DNA of 64,000 nucleotides from positions 288,001 to 352,000 of the forward strand of contig CAVXLD010000010.1 in the NCBI GenBank assembly GCA_963762565.1. Direction: 5' to 3'. The stretch's first letter is position 1. Each line of letters starts with the position of its first letter. Position numbers and translations under genes: made by a program. Below are positions 29,520-39,786 of the stretch, piece after piece. The stretch comes from an uncultured Verrucomicrobiae bacterium. GTDB taxonomy: Bacteria > Verrucomicrobiota > Verrucomicrobiia > Chthoniobacterales > JAFAMB01. The notes beneath the pieces are model-generated. The model searched no databases. It had not been told where the DNA came from and was given only the letters and a program-made list of their open reading frames with translations.

Positions 29520-30450
29520 GTTGAGCTATAGAAGTACCCGGTCGCTTCGAAACTTCAAATGCCACAACACGCTTAACGTTCGGCGTTTGGCGTTTGGCGC
29601 TCGGCGTTCGGCGTTTGGCGTTCGGCTTTCTGCACTTCGTTCAGGTCCTCCAGATGAACGCGGGCCCATCGCCGGGGAGGGATCGCTGCCTGTCCGACAT
29701 AGCCTTCTCTTCCTGGTTTCTTTTCTCCCGGCTTTGGCGACGTCGGATCCTCGCGATCCGTGGTTCGCGGAGCTGAGGGTCCTTTTAAGCCAGGGATTAA
29801 ATTACGCGCAAAAGCTGACAACGTCTTCCCGGCGCGCGGGGACGGGCGCCCTCCCCGATTGTTCCGCGCTTATCCACTTCGCCCGCTTCTTACTCTTCGC
29901 TTGTCTCTGCCTGTCCCTATCCGGAATCGCACGCGCTGAACCCGTCATCATCCTGGACCCCTATTTCTATCGAACGCCTGTATCCGAACCCATCGATGGG
30001 TCCAGCAAGACGGTACTAGCTTACTACGATGAAACCGGCGGGAGAGTGACATCACTCCCGAACCCTCCTCGCCAGCCCGTTTCTGAGCTCCACACCTTAG
30101 CGGTCGCCTATGCTCAATCGATCTTGAAACAAACGAGCCCCACGCTCATTCGCGATAAACACGGCGTCATTGCGGCCATTCGAATCGAAGGTCACGACCC
30201 CGCCTTTTCATCCATTCTTTTGACCCCAGGGTTTGCGGGGCGTTTCACGAACCTCTTAGGAAAGGATTGCTTGGTATCCGTGCCCAATCGCGAAACCGTG
30301 TATCTGTTCCCACGGCTGGGCGGTAACATGGAGCAATTCGCCATCCCGCTACGCGGGATCTACCACAATAGTGTATGGCCAGTCTCAACCGAGCTCTTCG
30401 AGTGGCGAAATGGCGCGCTTCACTCGATCAGAGACTTTGAAGCCGATTAG
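29518..30450 (+). CDS. Hypothetical exported protein; real start probably near 29870, not resolved
   Basis: Signal-peptide-like RFLLFACLCLSLSGIARA then a ~170-aa globular region; the first ~100 codons run through repeats. Confidence 0.55.
   Translation: MLSYRSTRSLRNFKCHNTLNVRRLAFGARRSAFGVRLSALRSGPPDERGPIAGEGSLPVRHSLLFLVSFLPALATSDPRDPWFAELRVLLSQGLNYAQKLTTSSRRAGTGALPDCSALIHFARFLLFACLCLSLSGIARAEPVIILDPYFYRTPVSEPIDGSSKTVLAYYDETGGRVTSLPNPPRQPVSELHTLAVAYAQSILKQTSPTLIRDKHGVIAAIRIEGHDPAFSSILLTPGFAGRFTNLLGKDCLVSVPNRETVYLFPRLGGNMEQFAIPLRGIYHNSVWPVSTELFEWRNGALHSIRDFEAD
29577..29626 (+). repeat. Heptamer tandem array (GGCGTTY) x ~7
   Basis: CGTTCGGCGTTTGGCGTTTGGCGCTCGGCGTTCGGCGTTTGGCGTTCGGC. Confidence 0.85.
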
Positions 30451-30700
30451 GAGATGAACCTGCGCGGCCGGGTTGGGGATGCTGGATAGTGGAGACAGTT
30501 AGTTTGGTTTGATTGACAGTTAATAGAGTAAATATGGAAATTATTAGCAAAGAATTTCAGGCCGCATAGGCATGCTTTTGGAAATTACTGAAAACAAATT
30601 TGTTATTTGTAACCGTCTATTTTGTTAGTACCGCTCTGTCGACATAAATAGTTTTATGTTATAATCCCCCGTTCCAACCGCACAGACCCGCTTTTTTCCC

Positions 30701-32830
30701 ATGAATGGCTCGACCGATGCCCCATTGCATCTCGATCATTGGCGCATTAACCGAGGTCGTATTGGCTTGGCAATTTTCGTTTTTCTCCTGACCCTGGGCG
30801 CTGCCGCCGTCTTCACCTATTTCGGTCCAGGCACCTATGTCGCATCGGCTACCGTCGAGGTCCAAACGAACGAGACTGGGCAGCCTGTCGCTCAAGCTTC
30901 GACCACAGACGAGACGAATGATTCGAATTTCGACGCAGGCCAACTTGAAGATTTCTTCAGCCATCAGGTGCTGGATCCAGTGATTCAGTCGTTGGATCTG
31001 CGGACGAAATGGTCCCAACAGGGTGCAGAGCTTTCGTTGGAAAGCGCATACGACAAATTGAGCGGCATGGTCGCTCTCGACGTACTGACCCAGCACTCCA
31101 TTCAGCTCAGTGTAGAAGCCGTCAGTCCAAAAGAGGCAATGCTCCTCGCCAATACCATTGCTCAAGAGTACGCCCATCAGCAAAGTTTGAAGCAGCAGAC
31201 GGCGATCAAAGAGGAAGCGGACCAACTCCAGAACAAGGCGCGACTGAGGGAGACTACCGTTAGTAACCTCTTTGCCGAAGCATCTCGTTTAAGAACTGCA
31301 GCCGGCTATGTAGATCCGAATCCGGACAGCAGCGACACTTCGCTACGGCCAGAGGAATCGACAACCCCGGCCAGTGAGGAAAAAGTGAGTGAAATCCAGG
31401 CGAAGATTGCGAACCTCAAAAGCAGGCTGGATACGCTGGACCACTTGAAGACCGATAACTTGGCGCAGGCGACTGCCTTGTTGAATTTGAACGACCCGGT
31501 GCTCGAACAGAAGTTCCCGCTTTATCAAAACGCCCTGGCGGAAAAGGCTCGCTTGCTTAGCTCCGGCTTGGGGCACAACCATCCTGACGTGCGGACGCTT
31601 CAGGAGCAAATCGACGCGATCGAAGAACAAATACGTCAGGAGGTCGCTACTATTCGTACCGAGTTATCCGCCCAACTGGCTACGGCGCAGAATGATTTAA
31701 TCACCATCGAGACAAACCTGAGCGCGAACCAGGGCGAGAAAAAAAGAAACGAGGCCAACGCGCAATATGTTGAGGCCAAGCAACGCTACGATTTGGCGCG
31801 TGAAGCACTGGCAAACGCGAAAGCATTGGCGACCGCCAAAGCCAAGCTGAACTCCGAAACCTCCCAGAGTACAAAAGCGCCTCAACCCGTGGTGATCAGC
31901 AAATTGGCTACGACCGCTTTGAGAACAGGCCGGTTCAGCGTTTCTTTCAATCTTCTGGTAGGCGCAGCCGCGGGTTTATTGCTTGGGCTCATAGCCGCTG
32001 TGTTGGTCGGCGCCTTGGATAGGAGCATTAAATCTCCGGAGGAGATTGAGAAGCGTTTCGGACTTCCTCTATTGGCGGTAATTCCGAGATATCGTTGGAG
32101 ACGCCGGCTTGATTCGGGAGACTCGAACAAGGAACCGTATGAAACACTCAGGACGAACGTCCAAATGGCTCGCCAGAGAGTTGCTGCTTCGGTCCTGGCA
32201 GTGGTAAGCGGCGGTTCTCAAGAGGGTAAGTCGACCACAGCAGCAAAGTTGGCCTTGGCTTACGCTGGCAGCGAGCACCAAACTTTAGTCATCGATGCAG
32301 CCCTGCGCCGCCCGATTCAACATCGCCTTTTCGGAATCGAGAACCGAATTGGCCTGAGCAATTATTTGCGGGGCGAAAAGACCGTCGAAGAAATCATTCA
32401 AGGTAGCGGGACTCCCAACCTATTTATCGTCACCAGCGGTCCGTCGGCCGCCGGTGCAATGAAGCACTTCACCTTGCCGAAATTCGCCGAACTAGTCGAG
32501 ACCGCCAAGGATTGGTTTGACGTAGTGATCTTTGACTGTCCATCCACCCTTGGACCAGGCGGTTCCACAGTGATCTGTGCTTTAGCCGAAGGCGTAATTA
32601 TCGTAGCCCAACACCGTCGAAATCCTTGTTCAATGGTAATTAGGACAAAGGACGCTTTGCAAAATCTGGGAACGAAGGTTCTCGGCGTCGTGTTGAACAA
32701 CGCGTGCATGAAACCTCGGACGAGAAATTTAGCGCCCAGCGTCGCTGTCCACAAAAGGCCGCAGGAAGAACTCGAAGCGGCCGAGTTTCAAACGGCTTTA
32801 AACCGATTGCGAGGAAATGACCCGTATTAG
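30701..32830 (+). CDS. Wzc-like polysaccharide co-polymerase / BY-kinase domain protein
   Basis: Two TM helices flanking a coiled coil (NHPDV), Walker A GGSQEGKST, GLSNYL, VIFDCP, LGVVLN. Confidence 0.85.
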   Translation: MNGSTDAPLHLDHWRINRGRIGLAIFVFLLTLGAAAVFTYFGPGTYVASATVEVQTNETGQPVAQASTTDETNDSNFDAGQLEDFFSHQVLDPVIQSLDLRTKWSQQGAELSLESAYDKLSGMVALDVLTQHSIQLSVEAVSPKEAMLLANTIAQEYAHQQSLKQQTAIKEEADQLQNKARLRETTVSNLFAEASRLRTAAGYVDPNPDSSDTSLRPEESTTPASEEKVSEIQAKIANLKSRLDTLDHLKTDNLAQATALLNLNDPVLEQKFPLYQNALAEKARLLSSGLGHNHPDVRTLQEQIDAIEEQIRQEVATIRTELSAQLATAQNDLITIETNLSANQGEKKRNEANAQYVEAKQRYDLAREALANAKALATAKAKLNSETSQSTKAPQPVVISKLATTALRTGRFSVSFNLLVGAAAGLLLGLIAAVLVGALDRSIKSPEEIEKRFGLPLLAVIPRYRWRRRLDSGDSNKEPYETLRTNVQMARQRVAASVLAVVSGGSQEGKSTTAAKLALAYAGSEHQTLVIDAALRRPIQHRLFGIENRIGLSNYLRGEKTVEEIIQGSGTPNLFIVTSGPSAAGAMKHFTLPKFAELVETAKDWFDVVIFDCPSTLGPGGSTVICALAEGVIIVAQHRRNPCSMVIRTKDALQNLGTKVLGVVLNNACMKPRTRNLAPSVAVHKRPQEELEAAEFQTALNRLRGNDPY

Positions 32831-33407
32831 ATGTCTATGCTTCGCTTTTCTGGGCGCCCTGATTTTCCTGGCTTCGTTCCCGGTTTTGGGTGGAGAAGTC
32901 ATTCTGCGCCCAACTGATACGATCGAACTCAAAATTGGGGGTGTTCCAGCTGCCGACGCCAAGGCGGTGACCGGCGCATACGTGATCGACGGGCAAGGCT
33001 ATGTAAGCCTGCCTAATCTGGGACGAATCAAGATCGGAGGATTGACCACCAATGCAGCTCAGACAGTGATTGAAACCAGATACCGAGCTCACGATGTTTA
33101 CACGAGGCCGACGATCACGATCACGATGGGAACAGCGCCTCGATGGGTCAATGTGGGCGGCGCGGTGAAAACTCCGCAACGGATGGCTTATAAGCCCGAC
33201 CTGACTATCCTAGCTACTATTGACGCGGCCGGCGGATTCTCGTCCGCTGCAGATGAGCAAAAAGTCCATCTCTTGCGAGCCGATGAGATGATGATCATCG
33301 ACGTTGAGAGAATCCGTGCGAATCCCTCCCTGGATGTCCCTGTAGAACCGGGCGACCGCATCGAGGTCCCATCGGAACAACCTCCGCTGCTTGGGGGAAG
33401 GAATTAA
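32817..33407 (+). CDS. Polysaccharide export protein (Wza-like, Poly_export + SLBB)
   Basis: IDGQGYVSLPNLG, VNVGGAVKTP, AAGGFS, PGDRIEV. Confidence 0.85.
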   Translation: MTRIRCLCFAFLGALIFLASFPVLGGEVILRPTDTIELKIGGVPAADAKAVTGAYVIDGQGYVSLPNLGRIKIGGLTTNAAQTVIETRYRAHDVYTRPTITITMGTAPRWVNVGGAVKTPQRMAYKPDLTILATIDAAGGFSSAADEQKVHLLRADEMMIIDVERIRANPSLDVPVEPGDRIEVPSEQPPLLGGRN

Positions 33408-33411
33408 AAGC

Positions 33412-33903
33412 AGGAGCTAGGAGGGGCGCTGAAGCATGCATCGTAATCGTCCTCGTCCTCGATAGGCGTGGCACGTTAACAAGGCGTTTTTGTTCCCAGC
33501 GCCCGGAGGGGAGCGCTTTGGCGCGTAGGACACGACCTCGCGGTATTTGTTTGAGCGCTTAATCCGACCACGAAACGTCACAACAGGCGGCTCCCGCGCA
33601 TAACCCAGCGCGATGATTAGCCGCTGGCTCCGATTCCTTGTACCCGGCGGTAGACCTCCGAACCGCTGGGTCGTTCGCGGGAGCCGCCTGTTTTTGCACG
33701 TTTCGGACGGATTAATGTTGAGACGAATTTCGCAAGGGTGGACAGATTAACGCCAAAGCGGCTCCCCTCCGGGACGTCGGGTAATGGCGCATTGCACTAA
33801 CTGCCACCCGCCCATCGAGGACGACGACGAGGACGAGGACGAGAACGATTGCGATAGAGCCGCGACACCCCTCCTAGCTCCTAGATTCTAACTCCTAGCT
33901 CCT
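33412..33903. repeat. Three-layer nested palindrome: heptamer arms > CGTC arms > family A doublet (33505-33770)
   Basis: All three arm types occur symmetrically; core matches the reverse complement of 11863-12130. Confidence 0.85.
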
Positions 33904-33907
33904 CGCC

Positions 33908-34480
33908 TCACGCATCACTAACCAGATCCCGGTTCTTGGCCAGATACGAAAGACCGGAGAAAAGGGTCAATACTACCGCAACCGAGAGGATAACGCTGCC
34001 GATGGCGGAAACGATATTTTGGGCGGTAGCAGAAAGGTGAGTCCAAGAAGCCTCGTTAATACTCTTCAAGAGAAGGTAATACACCACCGTAACCATCTGC
34101 CACACGGTTTTGTGTTTCCCGAGGCGCTCGGCCGGAAGGGTTCTACCTCGGGAGATACCGATCAAACGAAGACCGGTAATCAGAAATTCTCGGCTTACGA
34201 TGATAATCACGGCCCAGGCGGGCAGATCCTTGGATGCCACCAGACAGATAAAAGCCGACACAATCATAATCTTGTCGACGAGAGGATCCATCAGTTGCCC
34301 GAAAACCGTCACCAGCTGATATCGGCGGGCGATATAGCCATCGGCATAGTCGGTGAAACTAGCCACAAGAAACAACAACAGCGCAATCGTCTTGCTCCAG
34401 TGCCAATCCACACTGAGCAGCCAAACAAAAGGGAATACTAAGACAAGCCGCCAAAGGGTAAGCTGATTTGGCAGATTCAT
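33908..34480 (-). CDS. pgsA: CDP-diacylglycerol--glycerol-3-phosphate 3-phosphatidyltransferase
   Basis: MNLPNQLT, DYADGYIAR, DPLVDK, REFLITGLR, GKHKT. Confidence 0.93.
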   Translation of the reverse strand: MNLPNQLTLWRLVLVFPFVWLLSVDWHWSKTIALLLFLVASFTDYADGYIARRYQLVTVFGQLMDPLVDKIMIVSAFICLVASKDLPAWAVIIIVSREFLITGLRLIGISRGRTLPAERLGKHKTVWQMVTVVYYLLLKSINEASWTHLSATAQNIVSAIGSVILSVAVVLTLFSGLSYLAKNRDLVSDA

Positions 34481-34875
34481 GCCGAGCGCAATTTTGTCTG
34501 AATGGGATGTTTCCAGATGGGCACTCGCGCCTTCAGCAACTCCACTAGACGCTGGCTGCCTGCGAAAGCAGCTCCGCGGTGACGAGCGGTAACCCGGACA
34601 ATGAGGGATGCTTCGCCCGCGGGAACAAAACCAATCCGATGGTGGACGATAACAGATCCTAAAGAGTATTTTTGGGCAATTTCCTCGGAAATTCGTCCGA
34701 GCTCCGCTTCCGCCATCTCTACAAAAGCCTCGTACTCCAGACCTGAGATAGTCGCATCATTCTCGTCCTCTCGGACTACCCCAAAAAAATCCACCACCGC
34801 GCCATGCTCGGTCGAAAATGCGGAAGGCAAGGGCAGCAAAGGTTCCCGAGTAATTTTCACCTCGCATCGGTGCAT
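34477..34875 (-). CDS. moaE: Molybdopterin synthase catalytic subunit
   Basis: GAVVDFFGVVR, LEYEA, HHRIG, LKARVPIWK. Confidence 0.92.
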   Translation of the reverse strand: MHRCEVKITREPLLPLPSAFSTEHGAVVDFFGVVREDENDATISGLEYEAFVEMAEAELGRISEEIAQKYSLGSVIVHHRIGFVPAGEASLIVRVTARHRGAAFAGSQRLVELLKARVPIWKHPIQTKLRSA

Positions 34876-34936
34876 GAAGGCATTCTAATGCGGTCTGGCT
34901 CATATTTGCAAAGCCGGTTAGGCACGAAGCGAAGAA

Positions 34937-35228
34937 GTTGGTAGGGCGAGGCTGCGGCATACCTAAGGGCCGTTCGCACGGCGACAAAATGTCACCTATC
35001 GAGGGTACCCCGCGACGAAAGGCTGCCGAGCCGGTAACCCAGCACGTAACCAGAGCAACAGAGGTCGTCGTGTTACAAATGGCTCATTCCGTGGGTAGGG
35101 GCGTCTCGGTCTGGTTCCACGCTGGGACATCGGCTCGGCAGCTCGTTGGCCTCGCGCTCTCAAAGACGACGAGACGCCAGCACCCCTGGGAAAGCGGCTC
35201 GGTTGAATCGGAGCCTCGCCCTACCAAC
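34937..35228. repeat. Family B element
   Basis: GTTGGTAGGGCGAGGCT/AGCCTCGCCCTACCAAC and inner GCTGCCGAGCCG/CGGCTCGGCAGC. Confidence 0.82.
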
Positions 35229-35402
35229 ATAGAGCGCGCCCCACTTGCGCAACCATACTGCGTGGCGTACTGCCAATTGTTCCTACTGGTTTCTCTTGGA
35301 GGCCTCACTTCCGCCGTCGTCCGGCCGAGCCGGACTAGGCGGACAAGTACGAGACCGACTTCAGAACAGGGTCTCACCCGGATAAACCTAGATTTTCGCA
35401 AT

Positions 35403-36821
35403 ATGACAAACGCATCTGACATCGGCCTGGTTGGCCTCGCGGTGATGGGGGAAAACCTCGTCCTGAACATGGAAAGCAAAGGTTTTTCGGTCTCGGTTTA
35501 CAACCGGACGACCGAGGTTACCGATAAATTCGCGGCGGGACGAGCCAAAGGGAAACGAATCGTTGCCACTCATTCCATCGATGAATTCGTGAAAAGTCTA
35601 GCCCGCCCACGCAAGGTGATGATCATGGTGAAAGCCGGTGCGGCTGTCGACGCCGTGATCGACCAACTGCTACCTCAGTTGGAGCAAGGGGACGTTATTA
35701 TCGATGGCGGCAACTCGCTCTTCATCGATACTCAGCGGCGCGACAAGGCGCTAACCGGTAAAGGATTCCATTTTCTCGGCATGGGCGTCTCCGGAGGAGA
35801 AGAAGGCGCACTCAAAGGTCCATCCTTGATGCCAGGAGGTTCTAAGGATGCATGGGAAATCGTAGCCCCGATATTCCAAAAAATTGCCGCTCAGGTCGAC
35901 GGGGATGCGTGCTGCCGTTACATGGGGCCGGACGGCGCAGGTCACTATGTGAAGATGGTGCACAATGGAATCGAGTACGGCGATATGCAGCTGATCTGCG
36001 AAGCGTACGCCATATTACGAGACCTGCTCGGGGTCAATGCGGCGGAGCTGCATGATATTTTCTCGGATTGGAACCGCGGCGACCTGGACAGTTTCCTGAT
36101 CGAAATCACCGCGAACATTTTTACTAAAACAGATCCTGACACTGGGAAAGCACTCGTTGACGTCATCCTAGACAAAGCCGGACAGAAAGGGACCGGCCGC
36201 TGGACGCTGCAGTCCGCGATCGAACAGGCGGTTGTGGTGTCCACTATCAATGCGGCCGTAGAAGCGCGGGTCTTGTCGGCTATGAAAGATCAGCGGGTAC
36301 GCGCATCGAAACAGTTGCCGGTCCCGGCGAAATTCAATTACACCGGCGATCGCCAAGCTCTGATCGACGCAGTACGCGACGCGCTCTACGCCTCGAAAAT
36401 TATTTCTTACGCCCAAGGATTTTCCCTGTTCGAAGCCGCTGGTAAACAGTTCAACTGGAACCTCCACTATGGAGACATCGCCACCATCTGGCGTGGAGGA
36501 TGCATTATCCGGGCAAAATTCTTGAACCGAATCAAGGAAGCTTTTGATCGGGAGCCTAATCTGGAGAACCTGATGCTGGACCCGTTCTTCAAAGGAGTCC
36601 TCAGCAACGCCCAAACGAATTGGCGCACCGCGGTCTCGTTGGCCATCCAGGCCGGTGTTGCCGTCCCTGCTTTTAGCGCCTCTCTGGCTTATTTCGACAG
36701 CTATCGGCAAGAACGTTTGCCGGCTAACCTGTTACAAGCTCAACGCGATTATTTCGGCGCGCATACTTACGAGCGCGTTGATAAGCCTGGCGTATTCCAT
36801 ACCGAATGGCTGAAGGTCTAA
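35403..36821 (+). CDS. gnd: NADP-dependent 6-phosphogluconate dehydrogenase
   Basis: IGLVGLAVMGENL, YNRT, KMVHNGIEYGDMQ, QAQRDYFGAH; ATG 35403. Confidence 0.96.
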   Translation: MTNASDIGLVGLAVMGENLVLNMESKGFSVSVYNRTTEVTDKFAAGRAKGKRIVATHSIDEFVKSLARPRKVMIMVKAGAAVDAVIDQLLPQLEQGDVIIDGGNSLFIDTQRRDKALTGKGFHFLGMGVSGGEEGALKGPSLMPGGSKDAWEIVAPIFQKIAAQVDGDACCRYMGPDGAGHYVKMVHNGIEYGDMQLICEAYAILRDLLGVNAAELHDIFSDWNRGDLDSFLIEITANIFTKTDPDTGKALVDVILDKAGQKGTGRWTLQSAIEQAVVVSTINAAVEARVLSAMKDQRVRASKQLPVPAKFNYTGDRQALIDAVRDALYASKIISYAQGFSLFEAAGKQFNWNLHYGDIATIWRGGCIIRAKFLNRIKEAFDREPNLENLMLDPFFKGVLSNAQTNWRTAVSLAIQAGVAVPAFSASLAYFDSYRQERLPANLLQAQRDYFGAHTYERVDKPGVFHTEWLKV

Positions 36822-36824
36822 TAC

Positions 36825-37046
36825 GGAATAGCCGCGAAACCTGTCGCGCCGTAGGCCTGGCGAAGGCGGAAGAGCGCAAAGAACGCAAAAGTAGACAAAA
36901 CAAGAAGCCCTGAAAATCACTCCAACTGCGCGGACACGAGATGCAAATTCGGACTAGCGCAGCACTCCAGTACTCCAATACTCCATCACTCCGCGCGGCC
37001 GGATTCGAGGACGAGGACGACGACGAGGACGAGAACGAAGCCTCCT
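36825..37046. repeat. 9-mer array interrupted by a 32-bp micro-hairpin, then 8-mer array and CGTC arm
   Basis: GGAATAGCCGCGAA[36839-36870]AGAGCGCAAAGAACGCAAA; (ACTCCA)n 8-mer array; CGAGGACGAGGACGACGACGAG. Confidence 0.8.
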
Positions 37047-37062
37047 TCGGCACACCAGACGC

Positions 37063-37950
37063 ATGCAATTAATCGACGGAAAAGCAATCGGCGAAAAAAT
37101 CAACGAAGAGACGAAGCGAAAGACTGAGGACTTGAAACGGCACGGGGTCGTGCCGGGACTAGCCGTGGTACTGGTCGGGACTGATCCAGCTTCAGTGTCG
37201 TATGTCCGGAGCAAGGACAAGATCTCCCAGGAATTCGGGTTCCACTCTCGAAAGATCGAGCTACCTGAACAAACCAGCGAGGCTGAGCTCCTTCAAATCG
37301 TCAAAGAGTTAAACACCGATTCGCAAATCCACGCGATCCTGGTACAATCGCCGCTCCCAAAGCAGATCGACGAATTAAAGATCACTCTCGCTCTGGACCC
37401 AGCCAAGGACGTGGATGGATTCCATCCCACCAACGTAGGCAAGCTTGCCATCGGTGATCCCTCCGGGATCGTGCCTTGCACTCCCTTGGGTTGCCAAAGA
37501 TTGCTGCTCGAGATCGGGGCTCCTATCGCAGGTAGCCGGGTCGTGATCCTCGGTAGAAGCATGCTAGTAGGGAAACCCCTCGCCTTTTTACTGATGGCTA
37601 AAGGTCCAGGAGGTGACGCCACCGTCACCGTCGTCCACTCCAGAAGCCGGGACCTAGTGGAAATTTGTTCATCCGCCGAAATTCTCATCGTCGCCATGGG
37701 ACAACCCGGATTTGTAAAAAAGGAACATGTTCGAGAGGGCGCTATCGTAATCGATGTGGGCACCACGCGCGTTGAGGATCCCACCCGGAAAAAAGGCTTC
37801 CGAATCGCCGGCGACGTCGATTTTGACCAGGTCGCTCCGAAAACCCGTGCCATTACACCCGTACCCGGCGGCGTCGGTCCAATGACAATCGCAATGCTGA
37901 TGCAGAATACTCTGAAGGCCTGCCAGCAGCAGACAGGGCTTTTCGTGTGA
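37063..37950 (+). CDS. folD: Methylenetetrahydrofolate dehydrogenase/cyclohydrolase
   Basis: [32 protein letters not shown]. Confidence 0.96.
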   Translation: MQLIDGKAIGEKINEETKRKTEDLKRHGVVPGLAVVLVGTDPASVSYVRSKDKISQEFGFHSRKIELPEQTSEAELLQIVKELNTDSQIHAILVQSPLPKQIDELKITLALDPAKDVDGFHPTNVGKLAIGDPSGIVPCTPLGCQRLLLEIGAPIAGSRVVILGRSMLVGKPLAFLLMAKGPGGDATVTVVHSRSRDLVEICSSAEILIVAMGQPGFVKKEHVREGAIVIDVGTTRVEDPTRKKGFRIAGDVDFDQVAPKTRAITPVPGGVGPMTIAMLMQNTLKACQQQTGLFV

Positions 37951-37952
37951 CT

Positions 37953-38120
37953 GGAGGGGAACCGCTTTGTAGGTTGGCAGTTTTGCAGGTTAGCAGCCGG
38001 CAACTCCCGGGAACTACTCTCTCGCTGCATTCGCGGCGAAGTCAATATAGCGGGGCTTCTGAGGCACATGCCAAAGCGGCTCCCCTCCATCCTTGAACTC
38101 CTTGAACTCCTGAACTCCTT
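37953..38120. repeat. Internally deleted family A element plus TTGAACTCC 9-mer array
   Basis: GGAGGGGAACCGCTTTG..CAAAGCGGCTCCCCTCC (to 38088), then (CTTGAACTC)x~3. Confidence 0.78.
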
Positions 38121-38128
38121 TTCCTCGG

Positions 38129-39427
38129 ATGCATAGTTTTCATTATCGTGACCACCAGCTCTTCTGTGAGGACACCGATGTAGCCCAGATCGCCGAGACT
38201 CATGGGACACCGCTCTACGTTTACAGCCAGTACACGGTACTGGACCACTTCCAGCGGCTGAACACCGCCCTCAAAGGTCTTGATCACGAGATCTGCTATG
38301 CCGTAAAGGCGAACCCGAATCTTGCCCTATTACGTCTCTTAGCTAACGCGGGCGCCGGATTCGATATCGTGTCGGGAGGCGAACTTTATAAAGTTCTCTC
38401 CAGCGGCGGGTCTGCTGCCAAGTGCACTTTTGCCGGCGTCGGAAAGACCAGGGAGGAAATTGCCTACGCGCTCCATAACGACGTCCTAAGCTTCAACGTC
38501 GAGTCTGAGGAAGAGCTTCTCACTATTCAGGAGGTAGCCAAGTCTCTGGGAAAGGCCGCACCGATCGCGATCAGAGCGAATCCCGACGTCGATGCAGCCA
38601 CTCACAAGTATATTTCGACGGGCAAAAGCCAGAACAAATTCGGAATTGGTCTGGATCGGATCGAAGCCGTCTATGAGCTCGCAGCCGGGCTCAGTCACGT
38701 AAAGATCACCGGTATTCAAACCCACATCGGTTCCCAAATCCGAGAGAGCAAACCGTTCGTCGAGGCGTTGCAGAAGCTGGTTCCGCTAGTAAAGCGGCTC
38801 CGTGAACGGTACGGGATAGACTTCTTCAGCATTGGTGGAGGCATTGGCATCGTCTATGAAGGGTCGCTGGAAAGCGGCCGGGAAGAATGGTGGTCAGACG
38901 AGACGACTAAACCGGGTATGACCATCGAAGAATACGTGACCGCCATAGGACCGCTGCTGGAAGACATCGGGGTTCGGGTTTTACTCGAGCCTGGCCGCTT
39001 CCTGGTCGGCAACGCGGGCATTCTCCTTTGTCGGGTCCTTTATATAAAGGAAACACCCGCCAAACGATTTGTGATCGTGGACGCCGGGATGAATGACCTG
39101 ATCCGGCCTGCCCTCTACGATGGTTTCCACGAAATCGTCGCGGTTACACGAAACCCCAAGTTAGATCCGATCATCGCGGACGTTGTGGGACCAGTGTGCG
39201 AGAGCGGAGATTTCTTTGCGCTGGACCGAAAAATACCCGGGTGCGAATCCGGTGATCTGCTCGCGGTGATGAGCGCCGGTGCTTATGGGTTCGCCATGGC
39301 ATCGAATTACAACTCTCGTCCGCTACCGGCCGAAGTGCTGGTAACCGGCAACAGTTCTCAATTGATCCGCCGTCGCCAGAATTATGCCGATCTGGTGGAG
39401 TTCGAATTGGGCGCTGACGAAGATTGA
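38129..39427 (+). CDS. lysA: Diaminopimelate decarboxylase
   Basis: YAVKAN, HIGSQI, LEPGR, GPVCESGD, GAYG..MASNYN. Confidence 0.96.
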   Translation: MHSFHYRDHQLFCEDTDVAQIAETHGTPLYVYSQYTVLDHFQRLNTALKGLDHEICYAVKANPNLALLRLLANAGAGFDIVSGGELYKVLSSGGSAAKCTFAGVGKTREEIAYALHNDVLSFNVESEEELLTIQEVAKSLGKAAPIAIRANPDVDAATHKYISTGKSQNKFGIGLDRIEAVYELAAGLSHVKITGIQTHIGSQIRESKPFVEALQKLVPLVKRLRERYGIDFFSIGGGIGIVYEGSLESGREEWWSDETTKPGMTIEEYVTAIGPLLEDIGVRVLLEPGRFLVGNAGILLCRVLYIKETPAKRFVIVDAGMNDLIRPALYDGFHEIVAVTRNPKLDPIIADVVGPVCESGDFFALDRKIPGCESGDLLAVMSAGAYGFAMASNYNSRPLPAEVLVTGNSSQLIRRRQNYADLVEFELGADED

Positions 39428-39519
39428 GCCCGTGCCGCACGAGGCGCTTCGTACTCGTCCTCGCAATTGAACATGGCCCAGCGCCGGGAGGGATCGCGTC
39501 CTTGCGATCCGCGGTTCCT

Positions 39520-39727
39520 GGAGGGGAGCCGCTTTGTAAGTTGGCAGCTCTTTCGGATTGCAGCAGGCGGCTCCCGCGAAGTACCCAGCGTTTGCCATGC
39601 AGGACGGACGCGCTTGGCAAAGCCACTGATTCGCAAAGCCCCGTAGAACTGCCTACTCTGGGGCCGTGCTCGGGAGCCGCCTGCTGCCAACTTACAGAGC
39701 TGCCAACTTACAAAGCGGCTCCCCTCC
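39520..39727. repeat. Family A element
   Basis: GGAGGGGAGCCGCTTTGTAAGTTGGCAGCTCT / AGAGCTGCCAACTTACAAAGCGGCTCCCCTCC perfect arms. Confidence 0.85.
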
Positions 39728-39786
39728 AGGTCTTGGGCGGCTGGTAGGCGCCGAGCTTTTGCTAACCTTGCCGGGTCATTTCTCAC

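Noticed and set aside
30565..30585. sigma54 promoter for wzc (AGGCATGCTTTTGGA)
   Set aside because: Lacks GC at the -12 position
34938..35402. 155-aa N-terminal extension of Gnd
   Set aside because: It runs through a family B repeat; the conserved protein starts at ATG 35403. The longest-ORF extensions of OprB, FrcB, FGGY, UbiA, NuoN and the TPR protein were trimmed likewise
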